Source: Hormiphora californensis | Lineage: Eukaryota > Animalia > Ctenophora | NCBI GenBank assembly: GCA_020137815.1 | Contig: CM035350.1 | Location: forward strand, 2,666,001 to 2,730,000 | Length of the DNA stretch: 64,000 nucleotides | Reading direction: 5' to 3' | Shown: piece after piece, positions 1 through 10,821 of the stretch | Layout of the letters: each line of letters begins with the position of its first letter | Numbering within the stretch: the first letter of the stretch is position 1 | Made by a program: the position numbers and the translations under genes | Notes under the pieces: model-generated | The model's input: only the letters and a program-made list of their open reading frames with translations | What the model was told of the DNA's origin: nothing | Database searches by the model: none

Positions 1-2372
1 ACACATTATAAGGTTGGAATAGTATAGCAAAAGTAGCCCAAAAGTTAACGATTTCTTTGACCTCTAGTCCTCTAATGATACCCTTATTAAATCCATCTTG
101 AGACAAATCTAGAATGTAAACTCAGGATCATATGAATTATGAGGCTCGTCTATTGATACAATCCTCATGTGAGAGTATAATAAGGGCATAACAATGCAGA
201 GATATTCATTTCATATCTTACTCTCAGTCTAGGCAGTATGAAATATGAAACGACAGTATTTTCATTGAAAAGGATGATCGTACTACGATTCGTAGCTATG
301 GCACTGTATGAGAAGTGGAGAAGCGATTGATTCAATCAGAGATATCAAGATGCTACGGGACAGAGAGCGTGGGAGAGATAGAGAGAGAGAGATAGAGAGA
401 AGATGGGAAGTTTAAGTAACGTGTTGTAGAAGAGCTATGTCCTGCAGGCCTCCACGGCAGATTTGATCAAAATCATCATCGACCAATGTAGATTGTACAC
501 AGGAGAGAGGAGAGAGGAGAGAGATAGGGGGATATGGAGAAAAAATAAATTCCAAATAAGTAATTCATTATTTGTCACTCTGACGTAACTTCTGACATCA
601 TTATTGTCGGGCCCAACCACCCCTAAAAATTTTGGTGCTACAAAATTTTTACATTTTTAGGGGGCCTTGTTTCCGCCCAGATTTTCCTTTTTTCTACCCA
701 CTCCTCGTCTTGGAAACAACCCACTCATTATTTCTATTCTAATATTTTAAATAAAAATCATTTTTAAAAAAATTGATCCCGGGGGTTTTACAATTAACAT
801 ATTTGGAACTGACACATGGGGGCCCGGGGGGGTGCGCCATTTTCCTATGTTACCAAGCACAATACCGTGTTTGGGGTTTTAGCCACAGTGTGGGGTGCAA
901 GTCACCGGGCAAGGGGCCCTTGCTTGTCACACCCAATAGTCATTGCCACATGGGTCGAGAAATAGCCCCGTGCGACAAAAAAAAATTACATATTCCCCAT
1001 AGGAGGGATTGTGGAATCATGGGGGCAGGCCAAAGAGGGGTAAAATTTTTTTGCCAAAAATGCTGAAAACTTTGAATTTTTTTCCGGGCGGATTCAAGAG
1101 GGTCAGAATTATTCATTTTGCCCCAATTACAAAAGCACTACGACGAAAAAGGGGAAAAAATTAAAAAACCAAATAAAAAAGGGGCAATTTATGTAGGTAC
1201 GAGAGTCGAGAATGTAACAAATTTGGATGAAGAGTGGGCTGTGAAATGGATATATTTTAAAGGAGACACCCGGGAATGATTACTCAGACTACAGAAGGGT
1301 ATCCATAATTTCTAAACAAACAGTGTTCGGGGATTAGCAAAGGGGGACCCCCTTTGTGGCCGTCGGGGCGTTATGTATTTCCGTAACACGCATTGTCTTC
1401 CTAGATCGTAGAGAGAACAATGAACTTGTAACAATCATATTTATAATATTCAAGGATGTGCGTCACAAAGTTTAAGCTATAGCTCTGTAAGCCAATATCG
1501 TGAGTTACTCATCACACGAAACGAATGTCTAACGTCAATCTGATTCTAGAATTCAAAATCAGAAATTATATATGTAAGATCTGACAGGATAATTGAAGCT
1601 GGATACTTTCCAACAAGCCGCCGCATAACAAATCAAATTTAGACATTTTTACGGAATTCATGTGAATGCCTCATCAGGAGTGTACATTGTACAAATGGTA
1701 GTACAAATGCTCATATTATTATACTGAAACATGACAAAAAAGGAATAATGCATACATCTTGGCAGGCAGCTACAAGCTATTGTTGAACGGTGTATCGTCA
1801 AATTAGGAGCTTTCTCTCTCCCACCCTATAACAGTTACCTACCTACTACTAGTACTACAGAATACATTAGTTGTTATAATAGCAGCAGTAAAATTTAAAT
1901 TCCATGCTGCTTGTAGTGGGAATACGGTGTCTGAATAATACGGTGACAACGAGACTGAAATTTGAGAAAATTCTTGCATTTTCCGGTTCATTCCTGGGAA
2001 GTTAAAATATTGGAAAGACCTAGAAATGAACCGAAAAATCCAGGAGGAATTTTATTGACGTCCACACTCGTTCATTTTAGTGGCATGAGAGCAAAAGTAT
2101 AGAGGTCGGCAAGGAATATCAAATTTCAGGTTGGCTAATTTTCAGGGCGGTACCTACATATGTATCATTTTTCGCCATCCTGCGACTAACAAAGTAGTTT
2201 CGCATTAACAAGCTCATAAACAGGTCTCCCTGGCAGAAGAATTCAGAACAAAGTGACAATTTTCTTGATGAAGGAGTAATAAGGTCGAACATACACTCTC
2301 GCTTTATCTGCACACTGTGCTTCACCCGTCATCAGATTTCGAAGAAGCAGTGCATCACGCGCCAACACGGCG

Positions 2373-2590
<218 letters not shown>

Positions 2591-5008
2591 CGAAAAGATG
2601 GAAAAAGGAGGGAAGAAAAGGAAAATGGGTCATTGTCTCTAAGCGTACTTTGGTGGTGAGTTAACAGCTGGCACATAATATTAACTTTCAGAGCTTCCTA
2701 GCAGGGTAGTAGCGGGGTTGTTGGTCTTGGTATGTAGTACTAAGTAGGGCAAGAAAAGGTGGTCGTGTCACCAAAAAATTACTAATTATTATAGTAGATT
2801 GACCATATAGCAAAATAACGAATAAGCCAATTAATTATTTATTCAACCCCAAAAGGTTAGAACGTTAATAATACAAAGCCCTTTTAAAATGAGTATTTGT
2901 GTCTAAACAGGGCGTGAAACTTATGGAGCCGGTGCTACTACAATTTCACTTTACATAACAGTGCGCGACAAATTGACTACACCGGTGTTGCTCCGCCTCA
3001 AAAAGGTCGTTTCCTTTTACAATTTTGCACGCATCCACTTGAAAAAGATTTGATCCGGTTTTCGCAAAACTCAAATGTCTAATAAGGAAAATACCGAGAA
3101 GCTTTGTGGCAAAAGGAATGGGTCAAAGCATGAGCACACCATCATCTTCGGATTTTGCAAATACGCCATTGATTTAAAAATATTGGAGGATTTGGAAATC
3201 AAATTTGCATTCAGTTTAACGGGGTATTCAGTCTTCCCAACCAAGATTCACCTTCTCTGATACCCCAATTATCCCTTTCAAAGGGCTGAAGTGGTGCAAA
3301 AATCGGGAAACAGATCATAGATTGATAGGCACTTGACACCCTTAGGTGCAGACAAATTTGGGGTATTTTCAGTAAACTAGACCCTTTGTGTTTCGACAAA
3401 AGATTCAATCGGGTTAGGACACGGAATTGCTTGAAGAACGCCCTTTTTTTGGGGGGTGGAACTTGTGCGGCTCTAGTCGCGAGCGCTGTCTCACATCTAG
3501 GTGTCAATGTACCCAATTACACTACCGCAGAAACGGTTTAATAAATTGTGACACTTCTTGTATTATAGGTGGAGACACTCAATTGTTTCTCTCTCAGTCA
3601 ATAGAGGCACAGTAATTTCCTTCCTCATTCAATATCTCATTCTCACTAGCTTGTAACAATATATTGCCAACTCATTCTCTGATTCTCTCTAATTCTCAAC
3701 CTCACAAGCTAAACTCAAGGCCCAAGCTCAGGGAGAGGGAGCTACTTGAGCGTCGTAAAGGCAGTCGAGCAACACACACGTGGATATTTTGACGTGCATT
3801 TTGTTTTTGTAAAACACCTCAAGTTCTCACTAGTGAGATTTCGAAAAGAAATAGCTTACAGAACAGAAGTGGTATCTCGGGATTTTTTAAGCATCTCAGT
3901 AACCATTGAATTCTCCACCTGATATCCCCTGTTGGTAGTTCATTAATTAGGGCCAGGGCATCCTAGCTACAAACAGCAGGACGGGGTGTTTAAATTATTA
4001 CGACAGCATATTAATTAGGACACATCATCATCACTAAACTGAGAAAACTATAATGAGAGGAGATATCAGAGAATCTGTGACACAGTGTTTGTATCACCCA
4101 CAGACTATAGTTTACACACATAACTTGCCACTAGTAGTAGTAGTACTAACAGGCTTCTTCTTCTCCTCCTGGGAGGAGTCCTTTTTCTCCCGCAGCTTCT
4201 CACTTTTTTATTTTACAACTTCCCAACACTCTCCCTGAACTTAAAAAGCTTTCTCTTAGTCTTACCCCTTACTCAACAAGTCTTACCAAACTCTACTACA
4301 TAACTGGTGACATAACTACATGGCTGATACCAATCAACCCCCCCCCCCCCAATTAATCAACTCCCTATTTACAGGTACTACAGCTGGATACTCAGAAGGA
4401 TAAAAAGAATGCAAGATAAAGACACAGCCTACAGCTTCGTAGCTTGTAAATCAAAATGTGCGATGATGCAGATGATGACATTGACTAAAAGTAAAAATGT
4501 GATTTGATTGAAAAATGGCAAGCTGCTTAAGATTCAGAATGCCAGCGTTTCATTTGCAAAGTAATGAAACACACACGACACATTATAGAAACGCATATTT
4601 ACATAATATTTTACTTGTTTCTTTCAAAATCAGATCATTTACTTCAAGGTATTTGCTAAGTTTTTGAACATTCTTTGTTTCTGTAAATAATTGGTTTTCC
4701 TATGCCCTACTCTCAGAACAATATTATTTCAAGTGGCTAGTTTTCAAAAGTTCATGCGCGTAATTTATTTGCGCGTTTTGAACGCGCGCACTTCAGCGCG
4801 TTATGAAATATTTTCAGAATCTCGAGCTTTTTGGGATCCATTTTTTTGAGCCCACTTTTTTGTTTTTTAAATGACTATATGGAATATGAATTGAAAATAA
4901 CACGTTAACATGACACTGTGATAAACACGCAAAACAATTCCGTGCACGACTTTGGGGGTGAACAGTTAAAAAAGGCGTATTAAAATATCTAGATATCTTG
5001 TGTGGCGC

Positions 5009-5594
5009 CAGGGACGGCGCTGGGCCTTCGTCCCAGCAATTCCCTGGGTGTCCGGGGCCAGGGGCGGTAGCCTCGGTCAGGGGGTGTGGGGGGTGAAACC
5101 CCCCACAAGCAGGGTCCAGGGGCGCAGCCCCGGCGGGGGTGTAGGGGGCAGAGGCCAGAGCCCCCGCAGGCAGGGTCCAGGGGCTGCAAGCCCCGGTGGG
5201 GGTTGAGGGGGCGAAGCCCCCCGAAAATTTCGGACATTTTGAGGCGTTTTTAAACGATTTTAAGCATTTCTGAACTCCTTTTGTGAAAAATGGAAAAAAA
5301 GATGAAAGTTTTCTGTTCACAAGAAAAAAACTCATCCGCGCGCACCCAACTTTCTGGGTGAACCGGACACCCTGGTCACGTCAAAATGCACTGTGGCGCG
5401 CGGAAGAACCCTCTTTATGCTCTGCCGTGCGTTACAGGGTGGGTAACCCGGCTGCGCGCAAATCCAAAATTTCGCAGTTTTCACCGATTTTTTTCAAATT
5501 CTTTTTGTTTTTTTCCATTTTTTCTTCTTTTCTCTTTCCGTCTTTTCGGTCTGGGTGTCCGCGGACACCCGGACACCCACGAGCGCCGTCCCTG
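5009..5594. mobile_element. Non-autonomous hAT-like DNA transposon (MITE), 586 bp
   Basis: 13-bp perfect TIRs CAGGGACGGCGCT (5009-5021) and AGCGCCGTCCCTG (5582-5594), flanked by an 8-bp direct repeat TGTGGCGC (5001-5008 and 5595-5602). 8-bp TSDs and CAG-starting TIRs are typical of hAT. Confidence 0.85.
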
Positions 5595-5602
5595 TGTGGC
5601 GC

Positions 5603-6636
5603 CCAGTACATGGTCATATACCCCGAGTAAGTGTGGGGTCTGCTCGGAATATTACTGTGTCGAAAAGGACACTGTACCCGTTTTCACCTGTTGGATGTGT
5701 TTTCAGGGAAGCCACGACTGTGAAGGAGTGGCCAAAATCTTCTCCACCCTGTACACCATCACTCAGCCACTGACGGGATTTAACTGGACCTGCCACTCCT
5801 GTACCGAGAAGGGTAGTCTCGATCTAATGTCGAGGATACCTGTTATCCCGGGGAAAGATGATCCCGTGGTAGTGCCAGTTGAAATTATCACCCCAGACGT
5901 TACTGAAGAAGCTGTATCTGGCGAGGGCTCAAGCAGGGAATCATCTAAGGTCCCTTGTGCATTCCTGGCAGAAGGCTACTGCAGACACGGGATATCCGGT
6001 AAAAAGGAAGTGAATGGGGAAACCTGCCGTTTTCTCCACCGTAAAGTTTGCAGGAAATTTAGACTGTACGGATCTCATTCCCGCCATGGCTGTAAGTCGG
6101 GTTCAAAGTGCTCTAAACTCCACCCAAAACTATGTGAGGGCTCACAGCGGAGAATGAAGGAACGACAGTGCTTAAACCCTGATTGCCCGCATCTCCACCT
6201 AAAGGGTACACGAAGGAAAGAGGAAAACCCTGAGAGGAAAGAACGTCAGGAAGTTGTTAGGACAACACGGCAACCTAACACTCACACCACTGACCAGAGA
6301 GAGAGAGTGCAGGATGAACAACTCCCTCTTAGCGGCTCACCATTGCGACCAGTTTCGCAGCAAAACCCTGGACATCTACAATCGGGTTTTCTGAGCATTG
6401 TCTTGAAGGAGGTCAGGAATGCAAGAGAAGAGTCACTGAGGCAAGCGGACAGAATGGAAGAAATTCTCTCCCAGCTTGGCCCCACCCACAGCGAATCAAT
6501 GCTGCACAACCAGCTGGCCCACCACTTACAAGCACACCCGCCGGTGCAGTACACTCTACCTACAGGTACCCTCACTCAAGGAGTACATCGTCAACTCCCG
6601 ACCCAAATACTGCCCTCTCAAAGATTATCCTACTAA
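5603..6636 (+). CDS. LINE ORF1 (PHD-like finger plus CCCH-type zinc fingers), N-terminus missing
   Basis: CGVC...CWMCFQGSHDC...WTCHSC (PHD-like), then CAFLAEGYCRHG, CRFLH, CSKLHP, CPHLH. The first ~70 codons of ORF-track 5386..6636 come from the MITE. Confidence 0.75.
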
Positions 6637-6704
6637 ATGGGAGAAGTATTTCGCCGGCTGCAGGGGGGAACACTCGGTGGAAACTCCCTTTCATCGAGGC
6701 TGTT

Positions 6705-9626
6705 TTGTTAAACAACCCAAACTCCCCGCCGACAGTTGCCCTTGCAATAACGGAGTCATGGTTGAAAAACTACATTGCAGATGCCCAAATCAAAATGCAA
6801 GGATACAGCACCTTCCGTTCTGACCGTCCTGACCGGAAAGGAGGAGGTTGTGTTTTGTACATTCGTGAGGACATCCCAATCAGCTTTGCATACTCGTTCA
6901 GTGACCGAGAATGCAGTCTGGTATTGGCTTTTAGTAAAGCTAAAAACATGTTGTTTTCCTGTGTTTACCGTCCCCCCGACTCATCTGACCAGTCCTTCAT
7001 CACAGTTATGAATGATCTCCAAGATAAAATCGATCTCCTGTCCAATGAAAGGAGCCCTGAAATGTTTATCATGGGCGATCTAAACTTGCCGTTGTTCAAC
7101 TGGAAAGAAGAATCCCTGCCGTCAGCTGCTGCCAACATAGCGGCTTATCAACGCACTGTGAACTTCATTGAGGAAAATTTCCTAACTCAGGTCGTAGACA
7201 AACCAACCAGAGGAAGTAATACTCTGGATGTTATAATGACCAACTCACCCCAATACGTATCAACTGTGACAACCGAAGAGACAAAGATTTCTGACCACAG
7301 GATAGTTAACTGTACTCTGGTGATAAACCCCCTTATGGAAACAGCAGACACCATCAAAAAGTGGGACCACATGAGTTTCCGAGGGTTGGACATTCAGAAA
7401 GCCAACTTTGAAGATATGAATGTAGACATTGCTTCTGTTGATTGGGACGAACTGCAGACATTATGTGAGGAATCTGGAGACCCTGTTGGTGACAAATTCA
7501 AAGAACTTTTCATTCTAACTGTTTTGAAAATCACCATCAAACACACACCTCAGAAGGTTCAGCGGAGGAAATTCAGCCCCCTGGAACCACTGAAGAGGAG
7601 AAGGCGGAAACTAAAAGCAAGACTGGGAGCAATCTCTTCTGTCAATGTTAACATCTCCAAAATCGAAGCACTCGAAAACGAGCTCACAATACTTGAGGAG
7701 AAGATACAACACTCTGTGGATGAATCAATCGAGAAGAAGGAACACAGTGCCATTAAGACGATCAAGGTCAACCCACGATATTTCTTTTCCTACGCAAAAC
7801 GACTATCAAAAGTTAAATCGAACATTGCCCCTCTCAAACGTGATGATGGAACACTCACCACAGACAACACTGAAAAAGCGGAACTCCTGCAAAAACAGTA
7901 CTGCCGTGCTTTCAGTGATCCAGACGGTGGAGACTTGCTGAAAAGTCTTTCTTGGGTTGAGGATAGCAGTGCGATTTTGGAGGATTTCACATTTACGTCT
8001 GAGGACATTAAAGGAGCCCTCTCAGAACTTGATCCTGCTTCTGCCGGACCAGATGGTGACATCCCTGCTAAAATTCTCAGTGCTTGTAAAGCCACTCTTG
8101 CTGTACCACTCTTTCTTCTTTGGGAACGGTCCTTCGAAGAAGGAATAACACCCCCAAACCTGAAAAAACAGTACATCACACCAATCTTCAAGCGTGGTGA
8201 CAAAACTCTTGCTGTTAACTACCGCCCTGTTTCACTGACTTCTAACTTGCTAAAAACATTTGAACGAGTTGTACGAAACAAGTTGGTGGATCACCTTGAA
8301 AGTAACAATCTTCTACCAGATAGCCAACACGGGTTTAGGAAGCAACGAAGCTGCCTCACACAGTTACTTGATCACATGGACGGAATCTTTCGAGAGCTAA
8401 ACAGCGGGAACGAAGTCGATGTAATCTATTTGGACTATTCCAAAGCCTTTGACCGTGTCAACCATGCTATTCTTCTTGCCAAGCTGGAAAAGCTAGGCAT
8501 CAAAGGGAAAGTACTAAATTGGATAAAAGACTTCCTTTCTGGTCGGTACCAAACAGTTACTGTTGACGGTGAAAAATCGAACTTCGAGCTGGTCAAGAGT
8601 GGAGTCCCTCAAGGGACCGTACTCGGACCAATCCTCTTTATCATCTACGTAGCTGATCTCCAAAGCCAAGTAATCCACAGCAAAATCAGAACCTTTGCGG
8701 ATGATACCAAGCTCCAAAAGAGTGTCGACTCGGAAGAATCAGGAGCAGAAATGCAAGAGGATCTCCAGCGTGTGGTGGAGTGGTCTGCAGCAAACTGTAT
8801 GACACTTCATGAGGACAAGTTTGAGGTTATTCACTATACTCTGAACAGAACATCCCTTCTCAGAGAACTGCCTTTCACCCATGACCTTAGCTCATATGTG
8901 ACTCCAGGTGGAAATGAAATACAGCCAACGGATAAAGTGAAAGACCTTGGCATCACTCTATCAAACAATGGCTCTTGGACAGACCATGTAATGAGGATCT
9001 CATCAGAAGCACGAAGGATGGCCGCCTGGGCACTGAGAGCTTTTAAAGATAGGTCAGTAACCACTATGCTGACACTCTACAAGTCACTAATAAGGTGCAA
9101 AGTAGAATACTGCTCACCTTTATGGTCGCCCTACAAGATTGGTGACATCCAGGCGCTGGAGAGTATCCAGAGACAGTTTACCCGAAGGATCGAAGACATG
9201 GCACAACTTGACTATTGGGAACGGCTGAAAAAGCTTAGACTGATGTCATTACAACGACGGAGGGAGCGATACTCGATAATACAAATGTGGAAGATCCATA
9301 ACGGTGCAGCCCCTAACAGCACGAATACCCGGTTTTACCATCATCAACGGCTCGGCATCCGAGCCGAAGTACCTACTCTTTACAGTGGAGCACAGAAGTC
9401 ATTCTCAACAAAATACTTCCACTCTTTTACTGTAAGGGCCGCTCGGCTATGGAACACATTGCCGAAAGAGGTTAATACAGCAGTGACCTTAGATACGTTC
9501 AAGATCCTGCTGGGCCGTTGGCTGGACCACTTCCCTGACAATCCACCTGTGAAGGGTTATTCTACCCGGAACAACAATTCTATCATGGACTGGGTTTTGG
9601 AGGTTCGAGCTAAAGGGGGATGCTGA
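6705..9626 (+). CDS. LINE ORF2: apurinic endonuclease plus reverse transcriptase
   Basis: AITESWL, DRKGGGC, VYRPP, MGDLN, TLDVI, SDH (APE); NYRPVSLTS, QHGFR, LDYSKAFD, GVPQGTVLGP, FADDTK (RT); C-terminal SLQRRRER and RLWNTLP as in CR1-like elements. The frame stays open upstream of 6705 (KIILLNGRS at about 6621). Confidence 0.95.
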   Translation: MLNNPNSPPTVALAITESWLKNYIADAQIKMQGYSTFRSDRPDRKGGGCVLYIREDIPISFAYSFSDRECSLVLAFSKAKNMLFSCVYRPPDSSDQSFITVMNDLQDKIDLLSNERSPEMFIMGDLNLPLFNWKEESLPSAAANIAAYQRTVNFIEENFLTQVVDKPTRGSNTLDVIMTNSPQYVSTVTTEETKISDHRIVNCTLVINPLMETADTIKKWDHMSFRGLDIQKANFEDMNVDIASVDWDELQTLCEESGDPVGDKFKELFILTVLKITIKHTPQKVQRRKFSPLEPLKRRRRKLKARLGAISSVNVNISKIEALENELTILEEKIQHSVDESIEKKEHSAIKTIKVNPRYFFSYAKRLSKVKSNIAPLKRDDGTLTTDNTEKAELLQKQYCRAFSDPDGGDLLKSLSWVEDSSAILEDFTFTSEDIKGALSELDPASAGPDGDIPAKILSACKATLAVPLFLLWERSFEEGITPPNLKKQYITPIFKRGDKTLAVNYRPVSLTSNLLKTFERVVRNKLVDHLESNNLLPDSQHGFRKQRSCLTQLLDHMDGIFRELNSGNEVDVIYLDYSKAFDRVNHAILLAKLEKLGIKGKVLNWIKDFLSGRYQTVTVDGEKSNFELVKSGVPQGTVLGPILFIIYVADLQSQVIHSKIRTFADDTKLQKSVDSEESGAEMQEDLQRVVEWSAANCMTLHEDKFEVIHYTLNRTSLLRELPFTHDLSSYVTPGGNEIQPTDKVKDLGITLSNNGSWTDHVMRISSEARRMAAWALRAFKDRSVTTMLTLYKSLIRCKVEYCSPLWSPYKIGDIQALESIQRQFTRRIEDMAQLDYWERLKKLRLMSLQRRRERYSIIQMWKIHNGAAPNSTNTRFYHHQRLGIRAEVPTLYSGAQKSFSTKYFHSFTVRAARLWNTLPKEVNTAVTLDTFKILLGRWLDHFPDNPPVKGYSTRNNNSIMDWVLEVRAKGGC

Positions 9627-10264
9627 AAAGACTGACACCGGTTACGATTCTGTAATAAAGTTTATTTATCAAGTTTATTTATCAAGTTTATCAAGGAGCC
9701 GAATCCTATAAACCAAAAACATTTCAGATTTGTAGTCTAATTATTCAGTTCACATCACATTGAAAAGCCAGATAAATTCGATGTGAGTGTCGTTCTTCCG
9801 CTGGCTTGTGCCCAGTGGGCACTGGGCACTGCCCACGCATGTAGGGGAAGGGGGGGGGGTAGGGTACTCCATGGCCCCAGGACTTTTCAGGAAATGGCCC
9901 CAGTACTTTTCATAATTAGACAAAAACTATGACTTTTTGGCCTAAAAACCGTTTTTGGCCTAAAATTTTTCTCGGGCTCCGCTGTCGCTTCGCCCAATCG
10001 ATTCAAATTTTCAATAGAAAAGTCGATGTATGTCATATCACGTGACAAAAAAAAATTGGCCCCACCACTTTCAAAACTCATTGTGCTCAAGAGAGTACGG
10101 TACCGTTGTTATTACATGTCACAATCTTGCTATATTCTAACCCTCCTTTACAGGGATGCCGCAAGAGAGAGTCAATGCAACCACATTCCCATTCCATTCT
10201 CTGATTAGGAATACAGACGTGCTTATTTAACACACTACTGCTATTATACTAGGAATACAGTTGA

Positions 10265-10486
10265 ATGGCCGATAACCAGAGAGGATTTATTCGGTTTCTC
10301 TGGCGCCACAAATGGGTCTGGCCTGGGATCGCAATAGGAATGATTGGTTACCATCTAGCGTGTGTAAAGGTTGCTCTACGGGCGGGTGATGCTCACGAAT
10401 CTGAATTGGCTCTGAAAGGAACTGTTGATGGAGATGCTGCGAAGTTTGCTAGTGCATACGCAGTTCGAAATAAGGAAGACAGTTAA
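10265..10486 (+). CDS. Small 73-aa protein with one hydrophobic segment, unknown function
   Basis: ATG 4 nt after an AG acceptor (10259-10260); VWPGIAIGMIGYHLACV is TM-like; AT-rich 3' UTR follows. Confidence 0.5.
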   Translation: MADNQRGFIRFLWRHKWVWPGIAIGMIGYHLACVKVALRAGDAHESELALKGTVDGDAAKFASAYAVRNKEDS

Positions 10487-10821
10487 TTATTAAAGATACC
10501 ATAACAGTAGCTGTATAGTAGATAAACTCACCAATTCTGTTTGTTGACTGAAAATGTTTTTGGTTAAAGAACTAAAAGTTCAATTTTTAGCTTTGTTTAA
10601 ATGAAGATTGGGTTCAGATTTCGTGACCCCGTATTTATATGTATCACCATATCCTGGCTGTGTTTTTACAGTTAGTGTTTGACAAACACTGTTTGTATTC
10701 CTCACCCTGTCCTATTCTCCTATTATCTCCATTTCCAGGATTAAAAGTTGGCACATACATGATCCATACAAAGTATTTTATTCTTGTTTTATTCCCTAAA
10801 CTTCCCGCCTATATTCTTAGA

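Larger units (their letters stand above)
5603..9694 (+). mobile_element. CR1/L2-group non-LTR retrotransposon (LINE), probably 5'-truncated, intact ORF2
   Basis: ORF1 with PHD-like and CCCH-like fingers; ORF2 with APE endonuclease and RT; very short 3' UTR ending in AATAAA plus a tandem (AAGTTTATTTATC) tail at 9654-9694. Confidence 0.9.

Noticed and set aside
600-1400. GC-skewed, homopolymer-rich segment resembling a DNA-transposon remnant (similar ones at 2900-3530 and 9800-10080)
   Set aside because: No TIR pair or TSD could be verified by eye.
3830-4510. Possible terminal exons of a membrane-protein gene (hydrophobic frame after the acceptor at about 4152; exon-like 4375-4508)
   Set aside because: No consistent phase or recognisable homology could be established.
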